A stretch of DNA of 64,000 bases from Bugula neritina (lineage: Eukaryota; Animalia; Bryozoa), in the NCBI GenBank assembly GCA_964035545.1, contig OZ037765.1, positions 682,001 through 746,000 of the forward strand, written 5' to 3'. Shown here piece by piece: positions 44,363-57,037 of this stretch. The notes under the pieces are model-generated. The model was not told the origin of the DNA, ran no database searches, and saw only the letters and a program-made list of their open reading frames with translations. Position 1 is the stretch's first letter, and every line of letters begins with the position of its first letter. A program made the position numbers and the translations under genes.

Positions 44363-46869
44363 AGAAAATATAGATAATATAGATGTAAAACCAATATGTG
44401 CCAATAAGCTAACAGGATTTGAATTCACTGCCAGATGTTGTTTATCTTCACACAAACTGTGAGAAGAGTTTGTTGTGAAATGCAGCCTACATTCAGATCA
44501 TCAGGTGCTGTTAGCCAGAATTTATTCCATTAAGAAGAAAACAATGGAAGCAGAGGTGGCACTTATTAATAGCAGCCAACCTCACTGTTCAGCTGAGATA
44601 TGATATTTAGCTCATTCTAACTGCTTTTAATGTTAAAAGACTACAGATTCCAGCTAAAAGTTTAAATACAGAAGTTTGGTTGGCTGGACTGCATAGCCTT
44701 AAAAAGTCTAAACTACCGTTAAGGATACCAGGGCTATTTTTGCCAAGTAACTTACCTGGGTAAATGCCATGCAGTAGACTTATGTCCCTTCTGTGTCTCA
44801 CATTTCTATCAAAGCTACAGAAGAAAAATGTTTACCAGAGTAAGAAGGAGATTGAAACCCGTGTAGGTACACAGAGATGGGGCCATCTTGGTGTATCAAA
44901 CCTAACTATGTGCAAGTAAAGACTCATTCTCATCCTGTAAACTAAATATAAAATAGCACCGTCAACTACGGCATTGGATAAGTAGTAAACAAGCGTAGAG
45001 TTTATCATAACCCTGCAACATTCATCTTCACACCTGTTGAATTCATTTAAATATTTAAATTTACATAAAAAGTATGATGCTAAACAAGGAGTCATTGCCT
45101 GATAGCCAAGCAAATAGCTACAGTACAGCATGACTTAAACAGGGGCCACAGCAAGCACTTGTGCATACCTGCCATACTGTGGTGTGACAACTGACTCATT
45201 TTGGCAGCTACAAAAAGCTAAAGAACAGCATGTGAATCAGGGGTGGGAGTCACACCCCTTAACTTATGACGCAGTCAGATTTTAAAGTAGAATATTATTG
45301 AATGTTGTTTGACAGAGAGGTTTCTCCTTGCAAAGCCTCTTCAAGTTGGGAGTTTGTCATTTGGTTTGGTTACAAAGAAACATGGATGGCTGAAACTTCA
45401 GCTGTGCATATGTGATTTATTCTGATACATATATAGAACTCAAACTTTTAATTTATAGTATAAAGGCAGAGTATGTTTGAATCCATGTATATAAACATCC
45501 TGTGTAGACCAGAGGGTAACTATTCAAGCCACTCAGCAATAACCTTTAAAAAATGAGTGACCACAAAAATGATCACATCTCTACAAATGTCACAGATTGT
45601 TAATTACCACAGGACTTGGCACCAGTTACCACAACAGGTAAAGGTATGTCTAAAACGCAACTCAATGTGAGGAGAAATTTTAAGCTTCTTGTAGCAACAA
45701 TTCATGTTTGTAAATTAACTGAAAGAATTGTCATCCTTCTAAACCACAATACTCTTCTAATATTGTTGTGTTTGAATTTGTCATCTGGTGCAGCTGAATT
45801 CACACACGGATGTAATCTAAAAGTACTTTTATAGCAGCTTAATTAATAGTTCCTTCTGTCATTCAGTCATGACTCAATTCAGTTTGACGAAACTTCACAA
45901 ACTGAATTAAAATTCAGCACTTATCCAGGAGATGGCCCACTCAACACGTTGTACAGTCGTGATCCAGCTGAGAGGGTATCTCAAACCTAACCTATGAGCA
46001 CTTTAGATGAGAGTCTCATTGCTAGGCAACAAAGACAATAGACACGAGTGCACAACTCCAGAATGACATCAAGTTTTCTATACACAATATTGCAGTATTT
46101 TGATGTTACTTAGCCTAAAATTTAGTGCTTTAAGAGCACAAAATCGACAAATAGTCACCAGTTAAACTTTCAGCTTGCAAAATATTGGCATCGGTTTCTA
46201 TGGTAACATTTACAATAAAACTCGCTAATTTAGGACAAACTAAATTTTCAACTAAGCTTTTTTATTCCTTCGTCAAGCCCCTGAAGTCTAAAAGATTGTA
46301 AGATGAGCATCTAGTTCGTCATCAATTCTAGTAAAGTATATAATAAATAAATAATACTAAATATTTAATGTCTAGTATTATTATTTATTACATTACATAC
46401 AATAACCTCTGTACTTAGTCAAACTAACAAACTGAGAAGTTCAGTTCTAGATGCAAACAGACTGAAGTAGAAAGTTGATTTAGTACATACTTGCTATGGA
46501 GGGCACAGGCAGAGACAAACATATGTAGGAAAAAAGCCGCATGCATAATGTAAGACTCCATCACTGGAAATTAGTAACAACAATCACAAATTACAAAACT
46601 TCACGCTTTTTATTGTTGGAAATAACAAAATACAAAACAATAGCTAAAAAGAAATAAATCTAACAAAAGGATGAGGTGGAATCATAGGAAACTACAGGGG
46701 AGCTAACTCCGTAGCCTAATTATGTATGTATTATGTATATCTAGATGTACAGTTTTAAAGTTCAAGATGTGTGAAATAGAGAATAAACTGGAGTTGTTTT
46801 CTACATATGAACAACAGAAATAGAGAAGATAACTTCAATTTACAAGCCATAGAGTCTATTATCTCTAGA

Positions 46870-47996
46870 TTAGACATTCTTCAGGTCCTCGTCAACATCA
46901 TCAATGTAGCTTTTCAACTTTCTCCATTGCTCTACATTCAGTGATATACCTGCAATGTAAGATATGTAGAACTAGATGATATCATAGCGAGGGTATACCC
47001 TTTGAAGAGCATGAACTCAGTGTCTCTAGTTTCACCCTGACCCTTGACCCTGACCCCTGTGTCTAGGTTCAAGTTAGATGGTAGAAATACTCAAGATCAG
47101 TTGCCAGAGGTTGGCTGTCCTATATAAATAAACCTCACCTTTGCGTCCAGGCAGCATCTTCCCATCCTTCTCGTAGTACTCTCGGATATTTACAAGGGGT
47201 TTCCCTCTGAAGGAGGATACACTGATATTCCTCTGGTGGGAGAGCTACAAAAATATGTGTCAGCATGCTGTAATATGTGTCAGCATGCTGTAATATGTGT
47301 CAGCATGCTATAATATGTGTCAGCATGCTGTAATATGTGTCAAATATCTTGTAATACCCACCATAATAACTAAAACAAGATTTGAGATTGAATCTGAATA
47401 TGATTTACACCTATAAGTAATTTTATAAAAAAAGTAACTTCACTGAAAAAGCTGCAGCATGTGGAGTATATAGCCACATTTCCCAAACAGAAGACTATAC
47501 TGAACTCACAGGGTACATGACTTCACCATCCTCTCCTTTTGTTCCTTTAGACTTAGCTCCATCTGTACTCGTTGACTTTTCAGGACTTTCCTTGGTCTTC
47601 GACTTTTTAGCTTTTTTAGCCTTCTTGGGCTTGGGCTCAGTCTTAAAACATAAGGCAGTGTAAAGTTATATATTGAAATTATGTAGAAATTAATACAAAA
47701 CATATGTTCATATAAAACTACTAAGGATCACAAATAACTAAATGCTGAGTGAAGACTAAAGGCTTTCTACCACTTGAAGACACCTGCAGATACCTGCTGC
47801 TAAGGGCATAAATTACTCAGTTTTTAACAATTGAAACTGTGCTGATATCAATGAAACTTTTAACACATGACCTCAAGCATACTTACATAAAAACTAACTA
47901 ACCACAAACTAACTAATCAAAGTTGTGTACTATTCTCATACATACATCACTAGCTTCACTGTCAGTGGTTGTGAGAATTTCCTTTGATTTGGGCAT
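46870..47996 (-). CDS. SUB1: Transcriptional coactivator PC4/SUB1, 4 exons (47996-47946, 47641-47510, 47244-47139, 46949-46870), 122 aa
   Basis: [17 protein letters not shown], a K-rich segment, then [44 protein letters not shown] (PC4 ssDNA-binding domain). All junctions are phase-consistent. Confidence 0.95.
47250..47342. repeat. 20-bp tandem repeat (AATATGTGTCAGCATGCTGT) about 4.5 copies, abutting a SUB1 acceptor
   Basis: Directly visible. Confidence 0.9.
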
Positions 47997-48499
47997 GTCG
48001 ACTGAGTACTGGAGATCCTGTGACAAAGAATCAGACGATCTGTTAACTGATGCTACAAGTACATAAGACAGATTACCTAATTGCTGAGTTTCTGTTATTC
48101 AATTCTAAAACTAATCTTGAGATAACGAAATATTCATTAAAACTAGTGGAGTTTTATTCTGTTCAGCAGAAATTTCTATATTAATAAATAGCTTAAACTA
48201 GCATTGGCCAATTGTGACCCAACAATGTGTTAATATTAATAATTATGGCAACTCTGACTAATAGACAATAGTAATTCAAGTACTACTAGTACTCTACTAG
48301 TAGTAGTACTAGTAGTACTAGTAGTAGTACACTAGTACTAGTAGTAGTAGTACAGATTACAGTAGTTTTTATACCAATACTTGACCTAATAATTAAAATC
48401 ACAAACAGTAATTGTAATAAATTTCATTGCATTACTTTTACTAAACAGCAAATTACTGTTAGTAATAAAAAACAAAAAATAATTGTAAATTTATGAATT

Positions 48500-48730
48500 A
48501 TGAATTAACTTTCTGTCTTTCGGCAAAATCAAATCTTCGCACAAGTAGAACGTGTGTTTGCTGAAGAAATCATCAAGTAAAATCTGCCCAATCAACAATG
48601 TCCATAGTAAAAGCGCCCAATAGTGGGAGGTTTTGCAAGATGAATATTTACAGCGTTCCTAGTCAACATTTATCACATGGTTCCGACAACAAAAAATCTC
48701 TACTTACTAGTGCGTACTAAAGAAAAAAAG
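48500..48730. promoter_or_regulatory. Putative bidirectional promoter between SUB1 and ZNF511
   Basis: The genes are head-to-head. A higher-complexity island with two CCAAT motifs (about 48587 and 48617) lies between AT-rich low-complexity tracts. The function is inferred. Confidence 0.45.
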
Positions 48731-49718
48731 GGTTATAGTAATAGTAATACTCAAGCCGAAGAGCCAAAATGTCTACTTATATTGTCTACTAGTATTACAT
48801 ACTAGTACCAGTATGAGTATGTCTACTAGTGGTACTAAACCTAGTACTAGTCGTAGCATTAGTAGTAGTAGTAGCACTAGTAGTACTAACTAATAGTAAT
48901 AGTAATAGTAATAAACTACTAACTCAGTAACTGCCACTGGTACTAGTAGTACTAGTGGCAGTTACACTTACTAGTTAGTAGTTAGACTTAGTGTTAATTT
49001 TACTACTGCATGTACTTGTAGTTGTAACAAAAGGCACACCTCTACAGTTCCAGTTTGTGTTTTCGATTGCAGATCAGCAAGTATTTTCAAAATCAGGGTC
49101 AGTGTGTTGCAGTTGCACAATTACAGCACTGTAGCATTGGCTAATAGTAATACTAATAGTAATACTATAGACATACTGATACTCATACTCATAATGTTGA
49201 TTATAAATTCGTTATAAATAACAATATTTTATTTATTAACTTAATAACTTTAGCTTTAAGCATACTCATAGAATTGTATTTAAGTCTGTGAACTGTTTTT
49301 GATTATGATTATCATTATTATTATTATACGAAATATCACACTATTAGTATAACTATTTCTATTACTATTAGTATTAGTATTGTAATTGTATATCATATAA
49401 TAACCCTGTCGGAGTGTCTAAGCAGAGATTGATTCTTTCTATATTTTTCACTATGAGTATAAGTATAGCATCAACATGGAGTGACCGTAAATAGATTGAA
49501 AATATTTAGAGTACAACTTTTAATAATGAGTGTTTTTTATTTAATTTAGCGGACTGCACTGTACTCATTGAAATGCAGCCTAAAAGCTAAATTCAATTGC
49601 GGATTTTCATATTATATTATTGTCACATGTCATTTTGATTTTCTGAGTTTAACCTTGTTTGTAGAATTTTATTTCAAGACAAATTTCAACAGCCTTGATT
49701 TACACATTTTATGAAATC

Positions 49719-52700
49719 ATGTCTAACTTTCGTAAACGGAAATACAATCCAGGTAAGTAAGTTTTCTTTTAAAAAGCAAATATACCAATGTTGGTTTATT
49801 TCAATTTAATAGTTTTGTAAATTTAGTTTTATCAAGTTGCATAAAATCTTAATGAAAGATCTGCATTGAATATATATAACTCCTAATCTAGGAGGACACT
49901 CTGCTTATAGTTTTCTTAGTTGACTCAAGAACAAATATTTAAAGGCTGTTTCACTTACCAACCAAATGCTTTGTTTTTTATTGTAGCCTGAGCATCACCA
50001 TCTTTCAATTTTAAAGGACATGGTTATTTTCTTTATTTTATTATTGGCAAGTTTTGTTTTAAATTTGACCAAATGAATGTTTTTAGATGATGAGTTTTTT
50101 GAAGAAGGAACTCTGCTCTGTCGTTTGCTCCAGGAGAAGTATTGGTTTATTCCAGAAACTGACACTCACATGGAGAGTGATTTCTGCAGAATAGACTGTC
50201 AGATACAGGGTTGTTTTCAGCAGTTTGCTACTCTGTCAAGGTAAGGTGACCATTTTCTGATGAACACTAATCTACTGGTGTTGGATTTATTTTCTTTTAA
50301 TGAACAATAGATAAAGGCAATTTTTTATTAATTTTTATTAAAACATTCCATGATATTTAGACCGATTCTCTCCTTTTGTACTCGAAATCCTGAGTCATTC
50401 TGAATATACAGCTCTTAGCAACGTTAGAAATAGGTGTTGCCTACCTTTTAAACATTCGGGAGTTTGAGATTCATCTAGTCAACCTTGCATTGAGATTTGT
50501 GTCGGAAAATACTTTCTGATATAAAGAAGCAAAAAGATCCCACAAATGCTATACACAGGGTTAGATGAAGCATGCTTTAATCGTCTTCGTCTGTTTATCT
50601 AGTGGAATATGATTTTCATGATATAAAGTTCAGTATGCGTTAAAATAGTTATTTAGAAGGTTTTTACTTATTCGAAAGTGTCTAGTGATTTTAGACCTTT
50701 AAAACCGTCATAATTGAGTTTAATTTATGCATTAACTACTAACACAAGGGAGCAGCCGTGGTCTAGGGGTTAGAGCGTTCGCTTTGTGAACACAAAGTTG
50801 TGGGTTCAAACCCCGACAAAGGCCATTGGTGATGTTAGGAAGAGCATCCAGTCATAATTGCTCCTGTGCCTCATTTGAACAAGTCCTTAGCCAGTTCTAA
50901 CAAAAACCCTTTTCTTTTTTATTAACTACTAACACAGTCAAATCCTAAAAGTAATTGAAACGTGTTTTTATTTATACTATATTCAAAGTATTCTATATAC
51001 GAGGATGTTTGAGGGTGGTGTTGAATTTATCTAGCCCTTGTTCCTATTAATAACTAGCCTGCTTTCCTATCAATAAATAGCCTGCCTTCCTATCAATAAC
51101 TAGCCTGCCTTCCTGTCAATAACTAGCCTGCCTTCTTGTAAATAACTAGCCTGTGTTCTTACATCTCATTGCAGTTACGAAGAGCACTATGCTTCAAGAC
51201 ACAGAAATGTTTGCAGTGGGTGTGGTAAGATATTACCCACTAATCACCTCCTGGACATACATCTGCACGAGTCTCACAACCCAATGTTTGATACACTGTC
51301 CAAACACTCGCCTATGGTTAGTTACACGTTAGTTACTAGTGTGTTAGTTAACAGTGTGCTAGTTAGTAGTGTGGTAGTTAGTAGTGTGGTAGTTAGTAGT
51401 GTTAGTTAGTAGTGTTAGCTAGTAGTGTTAGTTAACAGTGCTAGTTAGTTGACAATTACTGCATATCAGATAGACTAGCTGTGTTGATTAATGTGTTGGG
51501 AATCGCCAACTGGTTGTAGTCATGAAGAATTATATTAAGTTTTATTAGAGTTTTAGCAATAATCTGTGAATATGACCTTAACTTATATATGGCAAATCAC
51601 TCCATGCGTCTGCAACTTTCACCTGCATGTCTCTACATCTGCATCTTTCTACGTCTGCATCTTTCTACTTCTCCACCTCTCTAAGTCTGCATGTCTCCAT
51701 GTCTGCATCTCTCCACATCTGCATTTTTCCATGTCTGCATTTGTCTACGTCTGCATTTCTCTACGTCTGCACCTCTCTGTTCTATATAATCTGTCGTCTG
51801 CAATGTATATTAGTATATTTTAGTATCAGTGTCTGGTCTCCGGATGTAATCTCTTCTTTCACAACTCCAAGAAGAGGAAGAAACATCTCATTGATGTCCA
51901 CAAATATCCCTCATCTTTCCGGTTTGAACGCTTGATCTCTTCAACAACCAAAAGGTCAGCCTCAGTTTTAACTGGCACCATCTGATGAACTTTTTCAACT
52001 TAAACTAAATTTCATAGCCTAGTATTTCTTGCTGTTTAGAGTGAGGATCTCCCAAGGTCACCTGGTTTATGTGACGGCGAATAATATTCCTCACCAACAA
52101 TGCTAAGCGTTTTAATGCCATGTACTGTGACTTCTCACATTCTTAGTATCTAAAACATTTCAGTAAACCCGTGATCTCTAACTCAGCAAACACGGCAGAA
52201 GAGAACTCAATGGATGTTGGTGCAGAGTCTGATGCCAGGGGAGCTAACTCCAGGTTCAAATACACTTACAAGTAGGTCACTGAGGTACACTTGCAAGTAA
52301 GTAACTAAGGTACACTTGCAAGTAAGTAACTAAGGTACACTACAAGTAGGTCACTGAGGTACACTTACAAGTAGGTCACTGAGGTACACTTACAAGTAGG
52401 TCACTGAGGTACACTCACAAGTAAGTAACTAAGGTACACTACAAGTAGGTCACTGAGGTACACTGCAAGTAGGTCACTGAGGTACACTGCAAGTAGGTCA
52501 CTGAGGTACACTTACACTGTAAACTTCTGACTGATTTCCCACCAGAACATTTGATATAATTTCTGCTGTAAACATTTAAAGAAAATGTTTGAGAATGAGT
52601 TCAACTTTATTTCCGGTGTTTTAGAGTGCCAGCTACGTTTTCATTCGGACAAGGAGTTCAGAAGAGTTTTGTCAGAAAGAATTCAAAGCGGAGAACTAGA

Positions 52701-52793
52701 GGCAACCACCTGGTGAAATCAAATGCAGACGTGATGGAGAGGAATATAGAGGAGGTTGACATGAGTGAACTGATTGCTTCTTTGAACAGCTAG
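49719..52793 (+). CDS. ZNF511: ZNF511-like C2H2 zinc-finger protein, 6 exons (49719-49752, 50087-50240, 51175-51316, 51824-51954, 52164-52271, 52625-52793)
   Basis: DDEFFEEG...CQIQGCFQQFATLSSYEEHYASRHRNVCSGCGKILPTNHLLDIHLHESHNPMF...MYQCLVSGCNLFFHNSKKRKKHLIDVHKYPSSFRF...KVPATFSFGQG. Junctions are phase-consistent GT-AG. Confidence 0.88.
50747..50920 (+). mobile_element. tRNA-derived SINE, about 174 bp, in ZNF511 intron 2
   Basis: Pol III A-box-like TGGTCTAGGGGTTAGAG and B-box GGGTTCAAACCCC. Perfect 16-bp TSD ATTAACTACTAACACA (50731-50746, 50921-50936). T-rich tail. Confidence 0.88.
51048..51155. repeat. 23-bp tandem repeat (AATAACTAGCCTGCCTTCCTATC) about 4.5 copies, before the ZNF511 exon 3 acceptor
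   Basis: Directly visible. Confidence 0.85.
51600..51800. repeat. Degenerate 16-bp repeat (TCTGCATCTCTCCACG-like), intronic
   Basis: Directly visible. It explains ORFs 51566 and 51627. Confidence 0.8.
52261..52516 (+). repeat. 24/25-bp minisatellite, 10 copies plus a partial, each containing the ZNF511 exon 5 donor
   Basis: Unit TACACTTACAA|GTAGGTCACTGAGG, with ...CAA|GTAAGTAACTAAGG variants. Confidence 0.93.
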
Positions 52794-52810
52794 TCCAGCA
52801 TCTGCATAGT

Positions 52811-52950
52811 ATTAACCAATCAGAAACTAACTGCGTAATATGAGCCAATCAGAAGCTAACTGAATGATATTAACCAATCAGAAGTTAGCTGCAAGTTATG
52901 AACCAATCAGAAGCTGACTGAATAATATGAACCAATCAGAAGCTGATTGC
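52811..52950 (+). repeat. About 29-bp repeat, 5 copies, each with AACCAATCAGAA, just after the ZNF511 stop codon
   Basis: Directly visible. Confidence 0.85.
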
Positions 52951-54808
52951 TGGTTCTATATTATGGTTGTGTAGAAAATTGTTAAACAGGAATAATAGTT
53001 GGACGAACTTTCACAGGACATATTATATTATTCTAACGCTTCAGTTTAACCTCTCCAGTTGTTGAAATAATAATATAACTCTGCAAAGTCTATGAATGCT
53101 GTACACTTTACATGTAAATAAATAGCGACATCATTAAATAGCTGTTGACACAGTTTCACTGATTCAACCTCCATGCTTTGTTGTTTTTGGTAATATAAAT
53201 CAAAACACCAGAATTATAATATATAAGTGGAATAGTGCATATCCTACACTCTTTCTCTATTTGTGTGAGTTGACAATGTAATGTATAACTCACGATTTCA
53301 CCATAACGATAACCTTGTCATAAATAGTCTGCCTAGAAGCTAATATCAAAATAGTGGTGACTGAAGGTGCAAGTGCAAGTTGCATTTTATATTGTATAAA
53401 CTATTGCTATATATATTATATCTTAGCACCAAATATAGAAGACAAATACAGTTTTAATAAAATAAGCATAACCAAAAAAACTTAATGTATAGAACATATA
53501 TTATTTACGTCAAAGCGTTATTTACAAGTCATTTTTAATCAATTGGTCTGCATTGCAGTGTATAAAATATTAGGGTTTATCTCCCTTTTTAAAGAAATTG
53601 TTAGAAGTGTATAAAATTTATGGTTTTAAAATGTTTATATTGTTATTAACATTACAAAAATGAACTTTATAATGTCTTTACTAAATATTTGTTTGAAAAT
53701 ATGTGTTTGAACATAATTATCAGTCTTAACAGATTTAAACACCCCGTTGTAATAAAACAAGGATATTATATATATCTTCGAGTCCGCGGGTACGCGGTTA
53801 GTAGCCATAACAACACGTAAATATTTACATAAATGTTTGCCAGGAAAATCAAAATAAAATTTTCCTAAAAAGCAGTTCTAGTAAATGTGCTGATAAAATG
53901 TCACCGACTAAAATATTATGTCAAAAAATCAATGAGAATAAAATTAATATGCTTACCAAATTTATGTAGTACATGCAATAGATAGCAAGACAGCAAATTT
54001 ACATCATTCCTAAATAAGTTTGATATCTCGCACTGCACACAGTTTTACGACTATAAATACTACTAAACGTAATATTAGCGGTTATGGGTATAAGGAGCAA
54101 TGAGGCTGCGTGTGCTAGTTTTAGATATTTCACAGACGCAATCATTTGAGTCATTCTGAAAATGAAGATTCGAGCAGTGCAGTATTCGACATAATTGTGT
54201 GTTGTATGCTTTCAAAAAACTTTCGAAATTTTGGAATTCATTGAGATATGTGTGTTCAAGAGAATAATTTAGGGCATACAATAGAAAACAGGCAAGCTTG
54301 TTGAGGCATATGTTTTTAAGGAAGTGTTGTTGTATTTTGTATTATAATTATATATTGTTATTAATAGAAAACGAATTCTAGCAAAATTCAATTCTTAGCA
54401 GATTGAATAATAGCGCTGTCATCGACACATCTCAATAAAAATAGTTTGGCCACTTTAATTACCCGACATCCAACACATATGGCATGCTTTTAGTTCTCTG
54501 TATTCTAAAGGCTAAACATTCATTGCTTTATATTTTAAATATTATATTATATTGTTTCTTATATCGGGCAATATTTATTATTTTAGAAGATGTCATAAAA
54601 GGAGGCAACTTGTTCAATATTTTCATTAAGATTAACAATTTAAAACCAAATTAAAAAGCTTTTGTTAGAAAATGTTTAACATTACTTTTGGTTAAGATCT
54701 AGTTCATCTTTAGTGTCATTACATAATATTATGCGCTACTTTGTGTTATAATATAATAATAAACAAACTATACTTGGCTTTTTCAATTCATCTAGCAAAA
54801 TAGTATAA

Positions 54809-55107
54809 AGCCCTGGCCACACGATCGTGAGAATCACACGAAATCGTCTATTTGACACGAAAAAAAACATTCGTACGAGAAAATTTGAGGGAATTCAAAC
54901 GAAATCGTCATCGTTGGGTGTGCACAACGATGACGATGGACGAAAAATCACAATCGACGATAAGTACCATTTGATTGGTCAATAGAATTTTAGCAACAGT
55001 GATTATTTCATTTCTACTAAGTTTCTCTATTTGGCAATGTTCTGCTGCTTGTATCTCGTGCAAGACTCATTCACGGACTAATAAAAATGACTTGTTGCCA
55101 TCAAAGT

Positions 55108-55179
<72 letters not shown>

Positions 55180-55660
55180 GCACGCCAAATAATTACTACA
55201 AATTTCAAAAATAGCATAAATTAAGTAGTATTACTATGCCTATTTGCATCCAATTTACTAGTCTTACATTTATAGCAACTGTAAAGTATTTTGCGTAAAA
55301 TAGCTATTGCAAGCATTATTCAATTCATATTCACATGGTAATCGCAGCGAAGCTTAAACTTTATAGCTTTGTATTTACGTGCATGAGTGAGTTAATTTTT
55401 TTTTTAATTTTATATGCATAAAAAATGTTTTTAAAAACTTTACCAATAAACAAAAACTAAAAAAATGTACACATAAAATACCAAAAAAAAAACAAAAATG
55501 GGAAAAATTTTCCTTTATAACTTATATAAACTTGCGGTACCAATCTCGGCATAATGACTTTTCGTTTAAACGATCATGTGGCTGGTCAATACGAAAAGAT
55601 AACTCACGAATAATCGTCACACGAGTTTCGTGTCATTCTCACGATCGTGTGGCCAGGGCT
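54809..55660. mobile_element. Non-autonomous PIF/Harbinger-like element, 852 bp, with an internal (TA)n
   Basis: TIR AGCCCTGGCCACACGATCGTGAGAAT(C/G)ACACGAAA at both ends. TAA TSD (54806-54808, 55661-55663). Confidence 0.9.
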
Positions 55661-57037
55661 TAATTGTAGATTACAATACATGGACTTTATATCATAAACT
55701 CTAGTCATATAACTTTAAGGCTGAGAAAGTCAAAGGTCAAATTTAACTTCTACTATATTATAAATCCTAAACTATGGTAGCTATAATGTTGTCAAAAAGT
55801 AAATGTGAATATGTGATTGTAATAACAATATAGTTTTTCACAAGAACTGTGATGAAACATGCTTTATTGTATCCATGCATGAATGCAGAAATTGCTTTAA
55901 AAATAAAAAATATCATAATACATTTTTATAGCAAGGAACATGCAATGGCGCCTTGACTGTTCTTAAATAATGTTTTTACTTTTATTTGCTTCTCATAAAA
56001 ATATGTTTATACTTTTTACTTTTACACAGGGATGAATTCTATAAACGAGATTTAAAACAATATAAACCCCAATCTTGTTTACTAGTTATATCATATGGCA
56101 GGTATGTTTCCAGCTAGATATTGGGCAGGTCTGACAGAGTAAACTTTCTGGTTAGTCTTACACAGATCTGTATAGTCTGTAAACCAGCTCCTTATATTCT
56201 GTATTCAATGGAGGGGTGGTGGTCTACTCCCTCCCTTCCTAGAGTTACTAAAATAACAAGAGGTCACTGCAGACTAAACCTTGTTGAACAAACAGATGAC
56301 ACAAGTTTAACAACTTGTCTAAAACATTCAAAGAAAACATAAAAATTAATTATATTAGATAAAATTTTTTAGTGTAGTACTTGACTATGCATGTAGATGT
56401 TTAATACAATATGAGTAGTTATAAAGATTAAATTACAGTGTATAATACAGACAATTATAAGTAATAACGTTTTACTAATATAGAATGATGACTATATAGA
56501 AAAGAAAATAATACTATAATTTATTTAAGAGTAGGGATAATCAACACTTTAAATGTAAAATGTCATTTTTTATTTCACATTTCTAATATTTAATACTAAT
56601 CAGTGATTTATAGGAATATAATGTAAAACACCTTCTAGTAGGGCTCCATTTAGATAATATTTCCACCATATAGAAACTGTAGCTCAGCTTAATTACATTG
56701 AAATTAATTAAGAAATAAAATTATATTCTGTGGTATAAGAGTAAATTAGAATTGTGTTAGTTCTAACAAGGCTTATAATCATATATGTGTTCAAGTAATA
56801 CTTTGCAAGGCATTATATTACATAATCGTAGGACAGAGCGTAGTTGTATGTTAAAGGAGTTCAGGTAAACTATATTATAACTTCCACACGTTTTTCAACC
56901 TATATATATACCAGTATTTTATATTCATTTTAAAACAAGCAATAGTTAAATAAGAACAGTCTAAAACCAGCCAAAGGAAAAGATTAAAAGAGAGACTTAC
57001 ATACTATTGTATATATATATTATATATACACAGATAC

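Noticed and set aside
50747-50825. tRNA gene
   Set aside because: It has A and B boxes but no convincing acceptor stem, and it is followed by a SINE body and flanked by a 16-bp TSD.
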